A stretch of 63,319 nucleotides of DNA, the filler included. It is 5 parts of 5 records of this genome, joined end to end, with 100 filler letters (N's around TTAATTAATTAA, not from the genome) between each part and the next. Parts side by side here need not be neighbours in the genome. Positions count along the whole stretch, not along the records: positions 1 to 15,811 come from SRR2962707_3274; positions 15,912 to 27,824 come from SRR2962707_3276; 3 more parts are not named here. One strand, given 5' to 3'. Below, in pieces: positions 9,592 to 20,039 of this stretch. Position 1 is the first letter of the stretch. Every line of letters begins with the position of its first letter. The translations under genes were made by a program, and so were the position numbers. A model generated the notes under the pieces. The model was not told the origin of the DNA. It did no database searches and worked only from the letters and a program-made list of their open reading frames with translations.

Positions 9592-10302
9592 ATGAGTGCT
9601 CATCAACATCCTGCAGCTGGAACGATTATATTCGATCTCGACGGCACGCTTGTTGATAGCGCCCCGGATCTGGCTGGCTCACTTGATGCATTGATGGCGC
9701 AAAAATCAGTTGAAGCCATAGGCGTTGATCTCACCCGCAAGCTTATCGGACATGGCATTCCCCATCTTGTTCGTGGCGCATTAAAACTCCGTGGCTTGCC
9801 ATATGAAGATGGCGCCGCAGATGATGACATCCGTCGTTTTGTCGAAATTTATTCTGACCATGTATTTGAGAAAAGTGCTCTTTATCCTAATGTCGCCGCG
9901 ACGATGAAAATTTTAGCGGATGCTGGTTGGCGCATGGGGGTTTGTACCAATAAGGCAGAAGCCCTGGCGCGATCTGTCGTTATCCAATCGGGGCTCGAAA
10001 GCTATTTTGATGTTGTCGCTGGGCCAGATACGTTTGGTATAGGAAAGCCTGATCCGCGCCATTTGTTAGAAGCGATAAAATCTATTGGAGCAAGCGGCCC
10101 TGCGATCTTCGTTGGCGATTCTGAAGTGGATGTGGCGACCGCAAAGGCGGCCAATATTCCGATGATCGCCTTGAGTTATGGCTATTCGAAAGCCCCTTTA
10201 GAAACGCTTCATCCGGAAGCTTTGATTGATCAATTTTCAGATATTCCAAGCACGATAAAGCGAATGCTTGCAACAGAAAATTTCACTAACGCTCGTGACT
10301 GA
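9592..10302 (+). CDS. Phosphoglycolate phosphatase-like HAD hydrolase
   Basis: FDLDGTLVDSAPDL, CTNK, KPDP, VGDSEVD. Confidence 0.88.
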   Translation: MSAHQHPAAGTIIFDLDGTLVDSAPDLAGSLDALMAQKSVEAIGVDLTRKLIGHGIPHLVRGALKLRGLPYEDGAADDDIRRFVEIYSDHVFEKSALYPNVAATMKILADAGWRMGVCTNKAEALARSVVIQSGLESYFDVVAGPDTFGIGKPDPRHLLEAIKSIGASGPAIFVGDSEVDVATAKAANIPMIALSYGYSKAPLETLHPEALIDQFSDIPSTIKRMLATENFTNARD

Positions 10303-10335
10303 TTGTTGAAATGTAAGAATGTATTGGAGAATATT

Positions 10336-11262
10336 TTGGCGCTTAGACTTTCGCTGAATACAAACCCGCTGATTAATCGGTTTGCTGATATTGATAACCT
10401 TGTCGATACGTTGGCAGGTGAAATCAACATTGGCTATATTCAGCTCACGCCCGAATTCATCAACCCATCTTGGCCAACTGCCGTTATTACAAAGCGGGTG
10501 AAACAATTTCAGAAAGCACTGGAGCGCAACAAAATACGTGTAACGTCCTTGATGACGAGCACCTATGGGCGGCTCAATCATTTTGGCCATCCTGACGCTG
10601 ACGTTCGGCGCTATTATGTGGATTGGTTTCGCGCGCTTGCTGATATCGGTGGTGATCTTGGCGCTGATGGTATGGGTTCCCAATTTGCGGTCTTTACGCA
10701 GCAAGATTGGAATGACGAGGCCAGACGCGAACCTCTGATTGATGCCGCTGTTCAGTGTTGGCAGGAAGTCGCAGAACAAGGAAAGGCTGCCGGTCTCTCC
10801 TATATTTTTTGGGAACCGATGTCGGTTGGCCGTGAATTTGGCCAAACGATTGCTGAATGCCGATCCTTTGACGCTCGATTGAAAAAGGCGGGCTTTTCGA
10901 TCCCGTTCAAAATGCTCGTTGATATTGATCATGGTGATGTGACATCGCCTAATCCGGTCGATACCAATCCCTATGCTTGGGCCGCAGCTTTTCCTGACGA
11001 ATCGCCGATCATCCATGTGAAACAGTCATCCATGAATAAAGGTGGCCATTGGCCTTTTACGGCAGAGCATAATGAAGGTGGCCGTATTCAGCCTGAAAAA
11101 TTGATCACCGCCATAACGAACGCTGGCGGCAAGGACAATGAAATTTGCATGGAACTGTCTTTTAGAGAACGCGAACCAACGGACAGCCAAGTGGTGGCGA
11201 TGATCCGCGAATCTGTTGCCTATTGGGAACCCTTTATCGATACAGGAACAAAGAGCCGCTGA
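10336..11262 (+). CDS. eryC: D-erythrulose-1-phosphate 3-epimerase (EryC family)
   Basis: LSLNTNPLINRFA, YGRLNHFGHPD, FWEPMS.GREFG, DIDHGDVTS and ELSFREREP match recalled Brucella EryC; TTG start after GGAGA. Confidence 0.88.
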   Translation: MALRLSLNTNPLINRFADIDNLVDTLAGEINIGYIQLTPEFINPSWPTAVITKRVKQFQKALERNKIRVTSLMTSTYGRLNHFGHPDADVRRYYVDWFRALADIGGDLGADGMGSQFAVFTQQDWNDEARREPLIDAAVQCWQEVAEQGKAAGLSYIFWEPMSVGREFGQTIAECRSFDARLKKAGFSIPFKMLVDIDHGDVTSPNPVDTNPYAWAAAFPDESPIIHVKQSSMNKGGHWPFTAEHNEGGRIQPEKLITAITNAGGKDNEICMELSFREREPTDSQVVAMIRESVAYWEPFIDTGTKSR

Positions 11263-11308
11263 ACACTGGAAATGTAATTTGCAAAGCTATTTGCGTGAGG
11301 AGAAAGCC

Positions 11309-12088
11309 ATGGACAATTCGAAGGTCTGGGTTGGTACAAGTTTTAAGATGAATATGACCCTTGGCGAGGCTCTGGCTTTTGCCGATGGGTTGGCAGCTGC
11401 TTCTGCATCAGCCGACCCGAGGGTACAACGTTTTATCGTGCCTGCTTTTACGTGTGTGCGTCAGTTCAAAGAACGACTTGCTGATACCAACGTCAAAGTA
11501 GGTGCGCAAAATATGCACTGGGAAGACAGCGGCGCATGGACGGGTGAAATTTCACCAACCATGTTGACCGATTGTAACCTAGATGTAGTGGAGCTCGGGC
11601 ATAGTGAGCGACGCGAGTTCTTTAATGAGACCGATGAAACCGTCGGCTTGAAAACCGTGGCCGCGGTACGCCATGGTTTGACACCGATCATTTGTATTGG
11701 TGAAACATTAGAGCAGCGTGAGGCAGGTGCAGCAGACGCCGTTTTGCGGCGGCAAGTCGAGATGGCGCTTAGTCTCCTTGATGGTGATGAGAAGACAGCG
11801 CCATTGGTGATTGCTTACGAACCAATTTGGGCCATTGGCGTTAATGGAATTCCCGCAACCATGGACTATGCCAATGCGCGGCATGAAAAGATTGCCGAGG
11901 TTGCTGAAAATATTTTGGGTGTCAAAGTGCCCATCCTTTATGGCGGCAGCGTGAACGCAAATAATTGCGCAGAGCTGATTAGCCAGCCTGCAATCAACGG
12001 TCTGTTTATTGGACGGTCCGCTTGGCATGTTGACGGATATCTCGACATACTAAAACGCGTTTCTGTCGCTCTTGCCACTGCATCATAA
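11309..12088 (+). CDS. eryH: L-erythrulose-1-phosphate isomerase (TIM family, EryH/TpiB/LerI type)
   Basis: WVGTSFKMN (not GNWKMN), VELGHSERR, AYEPIWAIG, GLFIGRSAW; adjacent to eryC. Confidence 0.85.
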   Translation: MDNSKVWVGTSFKMNMTLGEALAFADGLAAASASADPRVQRFIVPAFTCVRQFKERLADTNVKVGAQNMHWEDSGAWTGEISPTMLTDCNLDVVELGHSERREFFNETDETVGLKTVAAVRHGLTPIICIGETLEQREAGAADAVLRRQVEMALSLLDGDEKTAPLVIAYEPIWAIGVNGIPATMDYANARHEKIAEVAENILGVKVPILYGGSVNANNCAELISQPAINGLFIGRSAWHVDGYLDILKRVSVALATAS

Positions 12089-12143
12089 CCCAAAGGCTCA
12101 AGGCATAGCCTTCGCTTCAAATACTCTTATTAGGTAAAATGAC

Positions 12144-14123
12144 ATGACCAAACATTCAATGCACAACCGAATGGCAAATGCGATCCGTTTTTTGTCGATG
12201 GATGCTATTGAACAAGCAAATTCTGGCCATCCCGGTCTACCGATGGGCGCTGCCGATATAGCGACCGTCCTATTTTCGCGTTATCTAAAAGTAGATCCTA
12301 AAAAACCGCAATGGCCTGACCGTGATCGGTTTGTTCTATCAGCAGGCCACGGGTCAATGCTGATTTACTCTCTGCTTTATTTGACGGGCCACGAGGATAT
12401 TTCGATTGAGGACATAAAGCAGTTTCGCCAATTAGGATCGAAGACCGCGGGTCACCCTGAATTTGGTCATATTTCCGGCATTGAAACAACAACTGGTCCT
12501 CTGGGGCAAGGCATCGCCAATGGCGTTGGCATGGCGATTGCCGAGCGAAAACTAGGTCAAGAGTTTGGTTCTGATCTTCAAGATCACTTCACTTACGTGC
12601 TTTGTGGTGATGGCTGTTTGATGGAAGGTATAAGTCATGAGGCGATTGCTCTCGCTGGTCACCTTAAACTCAATAAGCTTATTCTGTTTTGGGATAACAA
12701 CAACATAACAATTGATGGCGAGGTGTCGCTAAGCGATTCAACAGATCAAGTTGCTCGCTTTAAGGCCGTGAATTGGCACACAATCGAAATTGATGGTCAT
12801 GATCCTGATGCTATCGCGGCTGCAATTGAGGATGCGCAGGTGTCCGATCGGCCGACCTTTATTGCCGCCAAAACGATCATTGGATTTGGTGCGCCGAGCA
12901 AGCAGGGAACGCACAAGGTTCACGGTTCGCCGCTTGGTTCAGAAGAAATTGCATCTGCTCGCAAGACGCTAAACTGGGAATCTGAACCATTTGTGGTTCC
13001 GGAGGATGTGCTTGATGCGTGGCGCTCTGCAGGGACACGTTCGGTTCAGCAAAGGCAGGATTGGGAAGCGCGGCTTTCGTCAACTGCTGCCAATAAAAAA
13101 GATGAATTTAACCGCCGTTTTGCGGGGCAATTGCCGTTAAGTTTTGACGATGCCATTAATGCCCACAAGCAAGCACTTATTGAAAATCCAACGAGTGTCG
13201 CTACGCGTAAATCATCAGAGAATGTGCTTAAGGTGATCAATAATATTTTGCCCGAAACGATGGGTGGTTCGGCAGACCTAACGCCGTCTAACAACACCAA
13301 AACTAGCCAGATGAACTCAATTACAGCGTCTGATTTTTCTGGGCGCTATATTCATTGGGGTATTCGCGAACACGCGATGGCTGCGGCATTGAACGGTATT
13401 GCGCTTCACGGCGGCCTTGTTCCCTATGCGGGCGGCTTCATGATCTTTTCGGATTATTGCCGCCCATCTATTCGCTTGGCCGCTTTGATGGGTATTAGGG
13501 TGATCCATGTGCTGACCCATGATTCAATTGGGGTGGGTGAGGACGGTCCAACGCATGAGCCGGTTGAACATATGGCGGCGCTTAGAGCCATTCCCGATTT
13601 ATTGATGTTTCGACCTGCCGATTCTGTGGAAACTGCAGAATGCTGGCAAATTGCGCTTAAAGAACAATATCGTCCGTCAGGTTTAGCCCTATCACGGCAA
13701 AATTTGGAACCGGTGCGCTTGGTGCATAGCGATGAAAATTTGTGTGCAAGAGGTGCCTATGAATTGGTCTCTCAAGAGAATTCAAAAGTCGCGATTTTTG
13801 CTTCAGGTTCAGAAGTTGAGCTCGCGGTCAAAGCGGCTACTTTGTTGAACGCGAAATCGATCGCCACACGCGTGGTTTCTGTGCCGTGTTTTGAACTTTT
13901 TGCCGAGCAGTCAGACGCCTATCGCAAGCAAATTGTGGGTGCCGAGGCTGTAAAGATTGGGGTGGAAGCCGCGATCCGGATGGGTTGGGACAGCTTCATT
14001 GGCACTGATGGCCATTTCATTGGTATGAATTCATATGGCGCGTCGGGAAAAGGAAGCGATCTGTTTAAGCATTTTGGCATCACGGTTGAAGCAATCGTGG
14101 AAACTGCCGAGCGAGCGCTATAA
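12144..14123 (+). CDS. tkt: Transketolase
   Basis: [46 protein letters not shown]. Confidence 0.97.
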   Translation: MTKHSMHNRMANAIRFLSMDAIEQANSGHPGLPMGAADIATVLFSRYLKVDPKKPQWPDRDRFVLSAGHGSMLIYSLLYLTGHEDISIEDIKQFRQLGSKTAGHPEFGHISGIETTTGPLGQGIANGVGMAIAERKLGQEFGSDLQDHFTYVLCGDGCLMEGISHEAIALAGHLKLNKLILFWDNNNITIDGEVSLSDSTDQVARFKAVNWHTIEIDGHDPDAIAAAIEDAQVSDRPTFIAAKTIIGFGAPSKQGTHKVHGSPLGSEEIASARKTLNWESEPFVVPEDVLDAWRSAGTRSVQQRQDWEARLSSTAANKKDEFNRRFAGQLPLSFDDAINAHKQALIENPTSVATRKSSENVLKVINNILPETMGGSADLTPSNNTKTSQMNSITASDFSGRYIHWGIREHAMAAALNGIALHGGLVPYAGGFMIFSDYCRPSIRLAALMGIRVIHVLTHDSIGVGEDGPTHEPVEHMAALRAIPDLLMFRPADSVETAECWQIALKEQYRPSGLALSRQNLEPVRLVHSDENLCARGAYELVSQENSKVAIFASGSEVELAVKAATLLNAKSIATRVVSVPCFELFAEQSDAYRKQIVGAEAVKIGVEAAIRMGWDSFIGTDGHFIGMNSYGASGKGSDLFKHFGITVEAIVETAERAL

Positions 14124-14332
14124 CACCAAAGAAATGGAAGCGAGTCTTTTTTATGGCCGCAATAGTGGGCGGGACGTTTCTGCCATGCACTTCGTCAGGC
14201 ATGTATCGTTGCATAAAGACCGCTCAGCATCTGTCACAAACTGCATGGCCACTCTTTCTTGCATAATTATGATTGGAAAGATGAAAGGGTAATGGCTGTT
14301 CGACGGCTTTGTTTTTTTGATCGCCCATCATC

Positions 14333-15211
14333 GTGGAAGTTTTCGGCTATATCGCAGGAGCAGCAGCTTTGGTTGCGATGGGTGCATTTTGGGCTGGCCT
14401 GATTATGCTGTTTTCTAAGAAGCGGCGGCGACATGGTCTTAAAATGTTGCTTGGGTCAATCGCATTCATGTTCATTGGCCCAGCCATGGCCATCTACGTA
14501 AACCATATATCCGCCGAACATGCTGGTTATGCCAGTCTGGCGGATAAAAATACCGCTGTTAAGCAGGGCTTTAAATCCGCCGAAGAATGGAAGGCCTATA
14601 AGAAGAAGCTGTTGGCCGATCTCCACGAGCAAATTGATGCGGATGAAAGGCATGCGCAGAAACTAGCCACAGAGGATGCTTACAGACGTGCTCAGGAGCA
14701 CTGGGAGCAGGATGCGAAGAAAGCTCAGGGTCTGGAGCTGGCTCAAGCTGAGAAGCCAGAGACGAGCGCTGTGCCGCAAGCAACTCAGAGCGAATATGAA
14801 GCAAAGCTCGTTTCCAAGACCGAAGCCATGTCTGAGCAGGTCGCAGCCGTATTGCGCGAGTACTACAACATAGAACCAAAGCCTCGCTTTCCTAATCGGC
14901 CTGTATGCCAAGGCAACGGGTTTTGCGAATATGTTGTCGGCGACTTCAACATGCAGTTCTACGGCGCTGGCATAGCTGAGATTGAAACAACTGATGAAAC
15001 AATACAAAGCAACTACCGTGAAATGTGCGCTGCGATGCTAAGCGGCTTATCAGGAGCAGACTTAGACTTCTCAGCTGTCGCAATCGAAGAAGCATTCATA
15101 TTGGCTTCGCGCAACGGAAGCTTCAACAGTGAGATGGTCGGTGTAGAGGTTAAGGTCACTCGGGACTTCAACAAGCTTTTAGGGTGTCACTTCTTTAAGC
15201 ACGGCAATTGA
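14333..15211 (+). CDS. Hypothetical membrane-anchored protein (2 N-terminal TMs, coiled linker, Cys-containing C-terminal domain)
   Basis: 292-aa ORF with a hydrophobic N-terminus; no recognised family. Confidence 0.65.
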   Translation: MEVFGYIAGAAALVAMGAFWAGLIMLFSKKRRRHGLKMLLGSIAFMFIGPAMAIYVNHISAEHAGYASLADKNTAVKQGFKSAEEWKAYKKKLLADLHEQIDADERHAQKLATEDAYRRAQEHWEQDAKKAQGLELAQAEKPETSAVPQATQSEYEAKLVSKTEAMSEQVAAVLREYYNIEPKPRFPNRPVCQGNGFCEYVVGDFNMQFYGAGIAEIETTDETIQSNYREMCAAMLSGLSGADLDFSAVAIEEAFILASRNGSFNSEMVGVEVKVTRDFNKLLGCHFFKHGN

Positions 15212-15288
15212 ATTGCACCTAGGTTCAATTGGATTAGCCCGATGGGCAACAGCCATAATTGTCACCTATTCGTCTGGTTATTGAGCGC

Positions 15289-15811
15289 ATGAAAAACATT
15301 TTCTGGAAGCTGGATAAATTAGGTCGTGTTCGGCTTTCAGAGCACTTCCAAATGCGGCAATTTCTATACTCTGAGATTGGTATTGCCTACGGCATACCCA
15401 ACATGCCTGATGACATTGACCTTGCTATTGAGGCGGGCACAAAGCTCTGCGAGCATATCCTTGAGCCGCTTGTTGCTGAGTTTGGGCCAATCATCATTCG
15501 CTCAGGTTTTCGTTCGGCTGCGCTCAACGCCTTTGGCAACAAACATGGGCTTATGTGTGCAGGCAATGAGAAGAACTACGCCTATCACATATGGGATCAC
15601 CGCGACGTAAACGGGTATATAGGCGCAGCTGCTTGCATTGTGATCCCTGAATTCAATGAAGGCAAAACCAGACCAGAAACGTGGCAAGACTTGGCTGCAT
15701 GGATAGACGCTAATCTACCCTATCATCGTCTCACGTTCTTCAAGCGCAACAACGCCTTCAACATAGGTTGGCATGAAAACCTGTTTGACATCAGCGCCTA
15801 TGGAACAAATT
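15289..15811 (+). CDS. Peptidase M15A-like protein, open at the contig end
   Basis: RLSEHF..RQF..SE, ILEPL...FGPIIIRSGFRS..LN pattern. Confidence 0.65.
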
Positions 15812-15911
15812 NNNNNNNNNNNNNNNNNNNNNNNNNNNNNNNNNNNNNNNNNNNNTTAATTAATTAANNNNNNNNNNNNNNNNNNNNNNNNNNNNNNNNN
15901 NNNNNNNNNNN
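15812..15911. other. Artificial contig spacer
   Basis: 44 N + TTAATTAATTAA (stops in all six frames) + 44 N. Confidence 0.99.
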
Positions 15912-16550
15912 TATGGCTGGCTGAGCGAAGAAACGGCGGATTCCCCTGCCCGGCTCGGGCATCAGCGTGTTTTTATCGTCGATCCTATAGACGGGACGCG
16001 CGGATATATCCGCGGGGAGGACAGCTGGACGATTTCGCTTGCGGTTGTCGATAACGGAGTGGCCGTTGCCGGCGTGGTCTATGCACCGGTACGAGATGAA
16101 ATGTATGTGGGCGGGTTGGGCCTTGGCGCAACCTGCAACGATGTGCCGATGCAGGCCCGCCGGACGTCCTCAGAGGCTCCGCTGATCCCGGCGCCGGCGG
16201 CAGTGCATCACGAACTTGCCGCCATTGGCCTGAACCACACGAGGGGGCCTGCCTATCCCTCGCTTGCCTATCGGCTCGTGCAGGTCGCCTCGGGCAAACT
16301 CGATGCGGCAGTCGCCCGGCGTGGCGCGCAGGACTGGGACATCGCTGGCGCCGATATCATCCTTTCGGAAGCGGGCGCGCGGTTTGAGGACGTATGTCTG
16401 GGCACGCCGCGCTACAATGGCGCCGATACGCGCCATGCTGCGCTTGCCGCGACCGCCGACATTTCACTATTATCGCCCTTGTGCGATGCCTTGCGCGTCG
16501 TCTATGGCTGCCCGCAACCAGATTCCGACAATCCAGAACCACAGGCTTAA
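15912..16550 (+). CDS. cysQ: 3'(2'),5'-bisphosphate nucleotidase CysQ / inositol monophosphatase family, 5' partial
   Basis: Frame open from the contig start: YGWLSEE, VDPIDGTR, DWDIAG. Confidence 0.85.
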   Translation, partial: YGWLSEETADSPARLGHQRVFIVDPIDGTRGYIRGEDSWTISLAVVDNGVAVAGVVYAPVRDEMYVGGLGLGATCNDVPMQARRTSSEAPLIPAPAAVHHELAAIGLNHTRGPAYPSLAYRLVQVASGKLDAAVARRGAQDWDIAGADIILSEAGARFEDVCLGTPRYNGADTRHAALAATADISLLSPLCDALRVVYGCPQPDSDNPEPQA

Positions 16551-16553
16551 GGC

Positions 16554-16799
16554 ATGAGCGAAGCACCCGCCAAACAATTGCTCCACCTCGTGATCGGTGG
16601 AGAGATGTCCGCACTCGAAGGCGTCGAGTTCAAAAATCTCGATGAAGTCGATATCGTGGGCGTCTATCCCAACTACGCTTCGGCCTATGCGGTCTGGAAG
16701 CAAAAGGCACAGATGACGGTGGACAACGCAGAGATGCGCTATTTCATCGTGCATATGCACAAGCTGCTTGATCCGGCCCAGCCAGCCAAGCCGGCCTGA
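16554..16799 (+). CDS. DUF4170-family small protein
   Basis: QLLHLVIGGE...DIVGVYPNY..A...W...AQ.TVDNA.MRYFI. Confidence 0.85.
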   Translation: MSEAPAKQLLHLVIGGEMSALEGVEFKNLDEVDIVGVYPNYASAYAVWKQKAQMTVDNAEMRYFIVHMHKLLDPAQPAKPA

Positions 16800-16801
16800 G
16801 G

Positions 16802-17023
16802 TTATTTCTCGCCGATGGAGCGTTGATAGGCCGTGAAGGCGGCCTGCGCATCGGCATAGGCCTCCTGCCTGTCCACGCTCCAATAGGTCAGATCCTCGAT
16901 GGGAATGGGCGCGTTGGTGATTGCGCAGCGCACGAAAGTACCCGGCTTGACGACGACGTAGTCGGCATCAAGGTAACGGATCTTGGCTTCGGACGGCGCA
17001 AAGCCGGAATCGAGAATATTCAT
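16802..17023 (-). CDS. DUF2093-family small protein
   Basis: A.IRYLDADY.VV.PG.FV.CAIT...IP...L.YWSVDRQEAY. Confidence 0.82.
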   Translation of the reverse strand: MNILDSGFAPSEAKIRYLDADYVVVKPGTFVRCAITNAPIPIEDLTYWSVDRQEAYADAQAAFTAYQRSIGEK

Positions 17024-17070
17024 GGGCGGCGTTCCTCTGCCCCCTTTTCTAGCGGGCTTTGGGGTGGTGG

Positions 17071-18621
17071 TCAAAACAGACTTTCCTGCTCTCCACCGCC
17101 GCCCTCGGCGCGCGGTTTCTTGCGCGGTATCGGAGGCGCACCTGACACGGTTGCCGCAATCGAGCCCTGGGCCACATCGATATTCAAGGCATCGCCGGGT
17201 TTGACGTCATCGGACGCGCGCACGAGATTGCCACTGGCATCGGTGACCAGAGCGAACCCCCTGGCCAGGACCTGATGATAGCTGACCGATGACAGGAGCT
17301 TGCTCAGCCCGTCGAGGCGCGCCCTGCGGGTTTCGACGATCCGTATGAATGCCGGGTCCATGCGGTTGGAGGTGGCGTCGAGGTGGCGGCGTCCCTGAGC
17401 GATCGGCGTCGTCAGGAGGCCCGGACGCAAGCGGCTGGCTACGGGCGAGAATGCAACCCGCGCCCGCCCTGCCCTTGTCTGCAATCCGTGGCGACCGCGC
17501 GTGCTGGCGGTGTGCAGCCGGTTGGCGGCGGCATCGAGCCTTTGGCGCAAAAGACCAATGGCCAACCGTCCGGCGATCCGTTGGTGATCCATGGCCTTGG
17601 TGTGCTGGGCGGCACGCAAACCCGAACCCAACCGCGCACTCGCCATATCGAGTCGCTGGCGCTGGGTGGAAACGAGATCACCAGCCCGGGGAAGCCCTGC
17701 GGATGCGGCGCGGAGACGATCCTTGAGATTAGCTGCGATACGACGTGCCGCCATGCGCTGGCGCGAACCGAGATCATCGACATAGGCGATGAGTTCGCCG
17801 CGCACCGGTACGGCCATCTCGGCGGCGCCTGTTGGGGTCGGTGCGCGCCTGTCGGCAACGTAATCGATGAGCGTGATGTCGGTTTCGTGCCCGACCGCTG
17901 AAATCACCGGGATTTCCGAACGCGCGACGGCGCGGACCACGCTCTCCTCGTTGAAGCCCCAAAGGTCCTCGATGGAGCCCCCGCCGCGCGCAACGATCAA
18001 CAGATCCGGCCGCGGAATGGGGCCGTTCGGCGAAAAGGCGTTAAAGCCGTCGATGGCAGCGGTCACTTCGGGAGCGCAGGTATCGCCTTGCACCCGCACG
18101 GGCCAAACGATCACGTGGGAGGGAAAGCGGTCATCGAGGCGATGGAGAATGTCGCGGATCACCGCTCCGGTCGGGGAGGTGACGACACCGATCACTCGAG
18201 GCAGGTAGGGGAGCTCTTTCTTGCGCTCTGGCGCAAACAGGCCCTCGGCGATGAACTTTTTCCGCCGTTCCTCGAGCAGCGCCATAAGAGCACCGGCACC
18301 TGCGGGTTCGATGTTTTCGATGACGATCTGATATTTGGACGAACGCGGATAGGTGGTCAGCCGCCCGGTGGCGATGATTTCCAGACCTTCCTGGGGCTTG
18401 AAGGCGAGACGAGAATAGCTGCCCTTCCAGACGACCGCATCCATGGCGGCGCCATCGTCCTTCAACGTGAAATAGCAATGGCCCGAGCTGTGCTGGCCGC
18501 GAAAGCCCGAGATTTCGCCGCGCACCCGCACATAGCCGAACTGGTCCTCGACGGTGCGTTTGACCGCCTGGGAGATTTCCGAAACGGTAAATTCGAAGGC
18601 GTTGGATTGATTATCGCTCAT
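17071..18621 (-). CDS. xseA: Exodeoxyribonuclease VII large subunit
   Basis: VRGEISGF, SGHCYFTLKD, TSPTGAVIRD, ARGGGSIEDL, SAVGHETD. Confidence 0.97.
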   Translation of the reverse strand: MSDNQSNAFEFTVSEISQAVKRTVEDQFGYVRVRGEISGFRGQHSSGHCYFTLKDDGAAMDAVVWKGSYSRLAFKPQEGLEIIATGRLTTYPRSSKYQIVIENIEPAGAGALMALLEERRKKFIAEGLFAPERKKELPYLPRVIGVVTSPTGAVIRDILHRLDDRFPSHVIVWPVRVQGDTCAPEVTAAIDGFNAFSPNGPIPRPDLLIVARGGGSIEDLWGFNEESVVRAVARSEIPVISAVGHETDITLIDYVADRRAPTPTGAAEMAVPVRGELIAYVDDLGSRQRMAARRIAANLKDRLRAASAGLPRAGDLVSTQRQRLDMASARLGSGLRAAQHTKAMDHQRIAGRLAIGLLRQRLDAAANRLHTASTRGRHGLQTRAGRARVAFSPVASRLRPGLLTTPIAQGRRHLDATSNRMDPAFIRIVETRRARLDGLSKLLSSVSYHQVLARGFALVTDASGNLVRASDDVKPGDALNIDVAQGSIAATVSGAPPIPRKKPRAEGGGGEQESLF

Positions 18622-18719
18622 GTGTCGTTGGTGGCCGAGCCGGGAAGCGCCGTCAAGGGTGGCGAGTTGTCATCGCACATGATAGATGGGCGCCAATCTT
18701 ACAGCAAAGAGGGTGAGCC

Positions 18720-19979
18720 ATGCGGGTATTGCTGATCGGATCGGGCGGACGCGAGCATGCGCTGGCCTGGAAGATGACGCAATCGGACCGGCTCGAAAAA
18801 CTGTTTGTCGCGCCGGGCAATGGCGGGACGCAGGCAATTGCCGAAAACGTCGCGCTCGATGTGACCGACCATGCGAGCGTTGTTGATTTTGCGCTGCGCG
18901 AGCAAATCGACCTCGTGGTGGTGGGCCCCGAAGTGCCGCTGGTGGCGGGAATCTCGGACGATTTGCGAGCGGCGGGACTTGCCGTGTTCGGTCCATCGAA
19001 AGTTGCCGCCCAACTCGAAGGCTCCAAGGCCTTCACCAAGGCGCTATGCGACGAGATGGGCATCCCCACCGCAGCTTACGCGAAATTCGATGCGCTCGAA
19101 CCCGCGCTGGCCTATCTGGATCAGCAGGGCGCTCCAATCGTCATCAAGGCCGACGGGCTGGCCGCAGGCAAGGGTGTCACGGTTGCCGAGACGTTCGAAC
19201 AGGCACGGGAGGCGGTGCGCGACTGCTTTTCCGGCACGTTCGGGGCGGCTGGTGCGGAAGTGGTGATCGAGGAGTGTCTGGTCGGCGACGAGGCTAGCCT
19301 TTTTGCCATCTGCGATGGCGAACACACGATTCTTCTGCCGGCCGCGCAGGACCATAAGCGCGCCTTCGACGACGACAAAGGGCCGAACACGGGGGGCATG
19401 GGCGCCTACGCCCCGGCTCCTGTGATGACCGATGCGCTGATCGAGCGTGCCTATCGCGAGATCGTTGCTCCGGCCATCAAGGGCATGGCGGCGCGCGGGA
19501 CACCGTTTTCCGGCGTGCTGTTTACCGGGCTGATGATAACCAAGGACGGCCCCAAGCTCATCGAATTCAATACAAGGTTCGGCGACCCTGAAACCCAGGT
19601 GCTGATGATGCTGCTCGAGAGTGATGTGCTCGATATCCTCGAAGCCACCGCGCATGGCACCCTCGCCAATGTTTCTCCTCGCTGGAAGCGGGAGGTCGCC
19701 CTGACAGTGGTGCTCGCCGCCAACGGATATCCGGGCGCATACGAGAAAAATACGGTCATAGCGAACGCCGCTGGTCTGGATAGCGATACCATTCAAGTCT
19801 TTCACGCAGGAACTGTGCGGGATGGCGACAGGCTTCTGGCCAATGGCGGGCGGGTGCTGAACGTGACAGCGATCGGTGACGATGTGGGTGAAGCGCGCGA
19901 GCGCGCCTATGCGGCGGTCGATGCCATTGACTGGCCGGATGGATTTTGCCGCCGCGACATCGGGTGGCGCGCGCTATAA
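18720..19979 (+). CDS. purD: Phosphoribosylamine-glycine ligase
   Basis: [40 protein letters not shown]. Confidence 0.98.
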   Translation: MRVLLIGSGGREHALAWKMTQSDRLEKLFVAPGNGGTQAIAENVALDVTDHASVVDFALREQIDLVVVGPEVPLVAGISDDLRAAGLAVFGPSKVAAQLEGSKAFTKALCDEMGIPTAAYAKFDALEPALAYLDQQGAPIVIKADGLAAGKGVTVAETFEQAREAVRDCFSGTFGAAGAEVVIEECLVGDEASLFAICDGEHTILLPAAQDHKRAFDDDKGPNTGGMGAYAPAPVMTDALIERAYREIVAPAIKGMAARGTPFSGVLFTGLMITKDGPKLIEFNTRFGDPETQVLMMLLESDVLDILEATAHGTLANVSPRWKREVALTVVLAANGYPGAYEKNTVIANAAGLDSDTIQVFHAGTVRDGDRLLANGGRVLNVTAIGDDVGEARERAYAAVDAIDWPDGFCRRDIGWRAL

Positions 19980-20039
19980 CAGCAATCACTTCTCAACCCG
20001 ATTTGGCTAGATTAGGCTGACGGAGGAACCGGAGGGCTT

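Noticed and set aside
11309-12088. Housekeeping triosephosphate isomerase tpiA
   Set aside because: GTSFKMN and GLFIGRSAW signatures and adjacency to eryC indicate the tetrulose-phosphate isomerase subfamily
501-14123. Calvin cycle (cbb) operon suggested by CbbY-like, Gph/CbbZ-like, aldolase and transketolase genes
   Set aside because: No Rubisco, phosphoribulokinase or CbbR. The regulator is RpiR and eryC/eryH point to sugar catabolism.
14231-14247. CTGTCACAAACTGCAT as a Pho box
   Set aside because: Half-site spacing is off by one and there is no phosphate-related gene downstream
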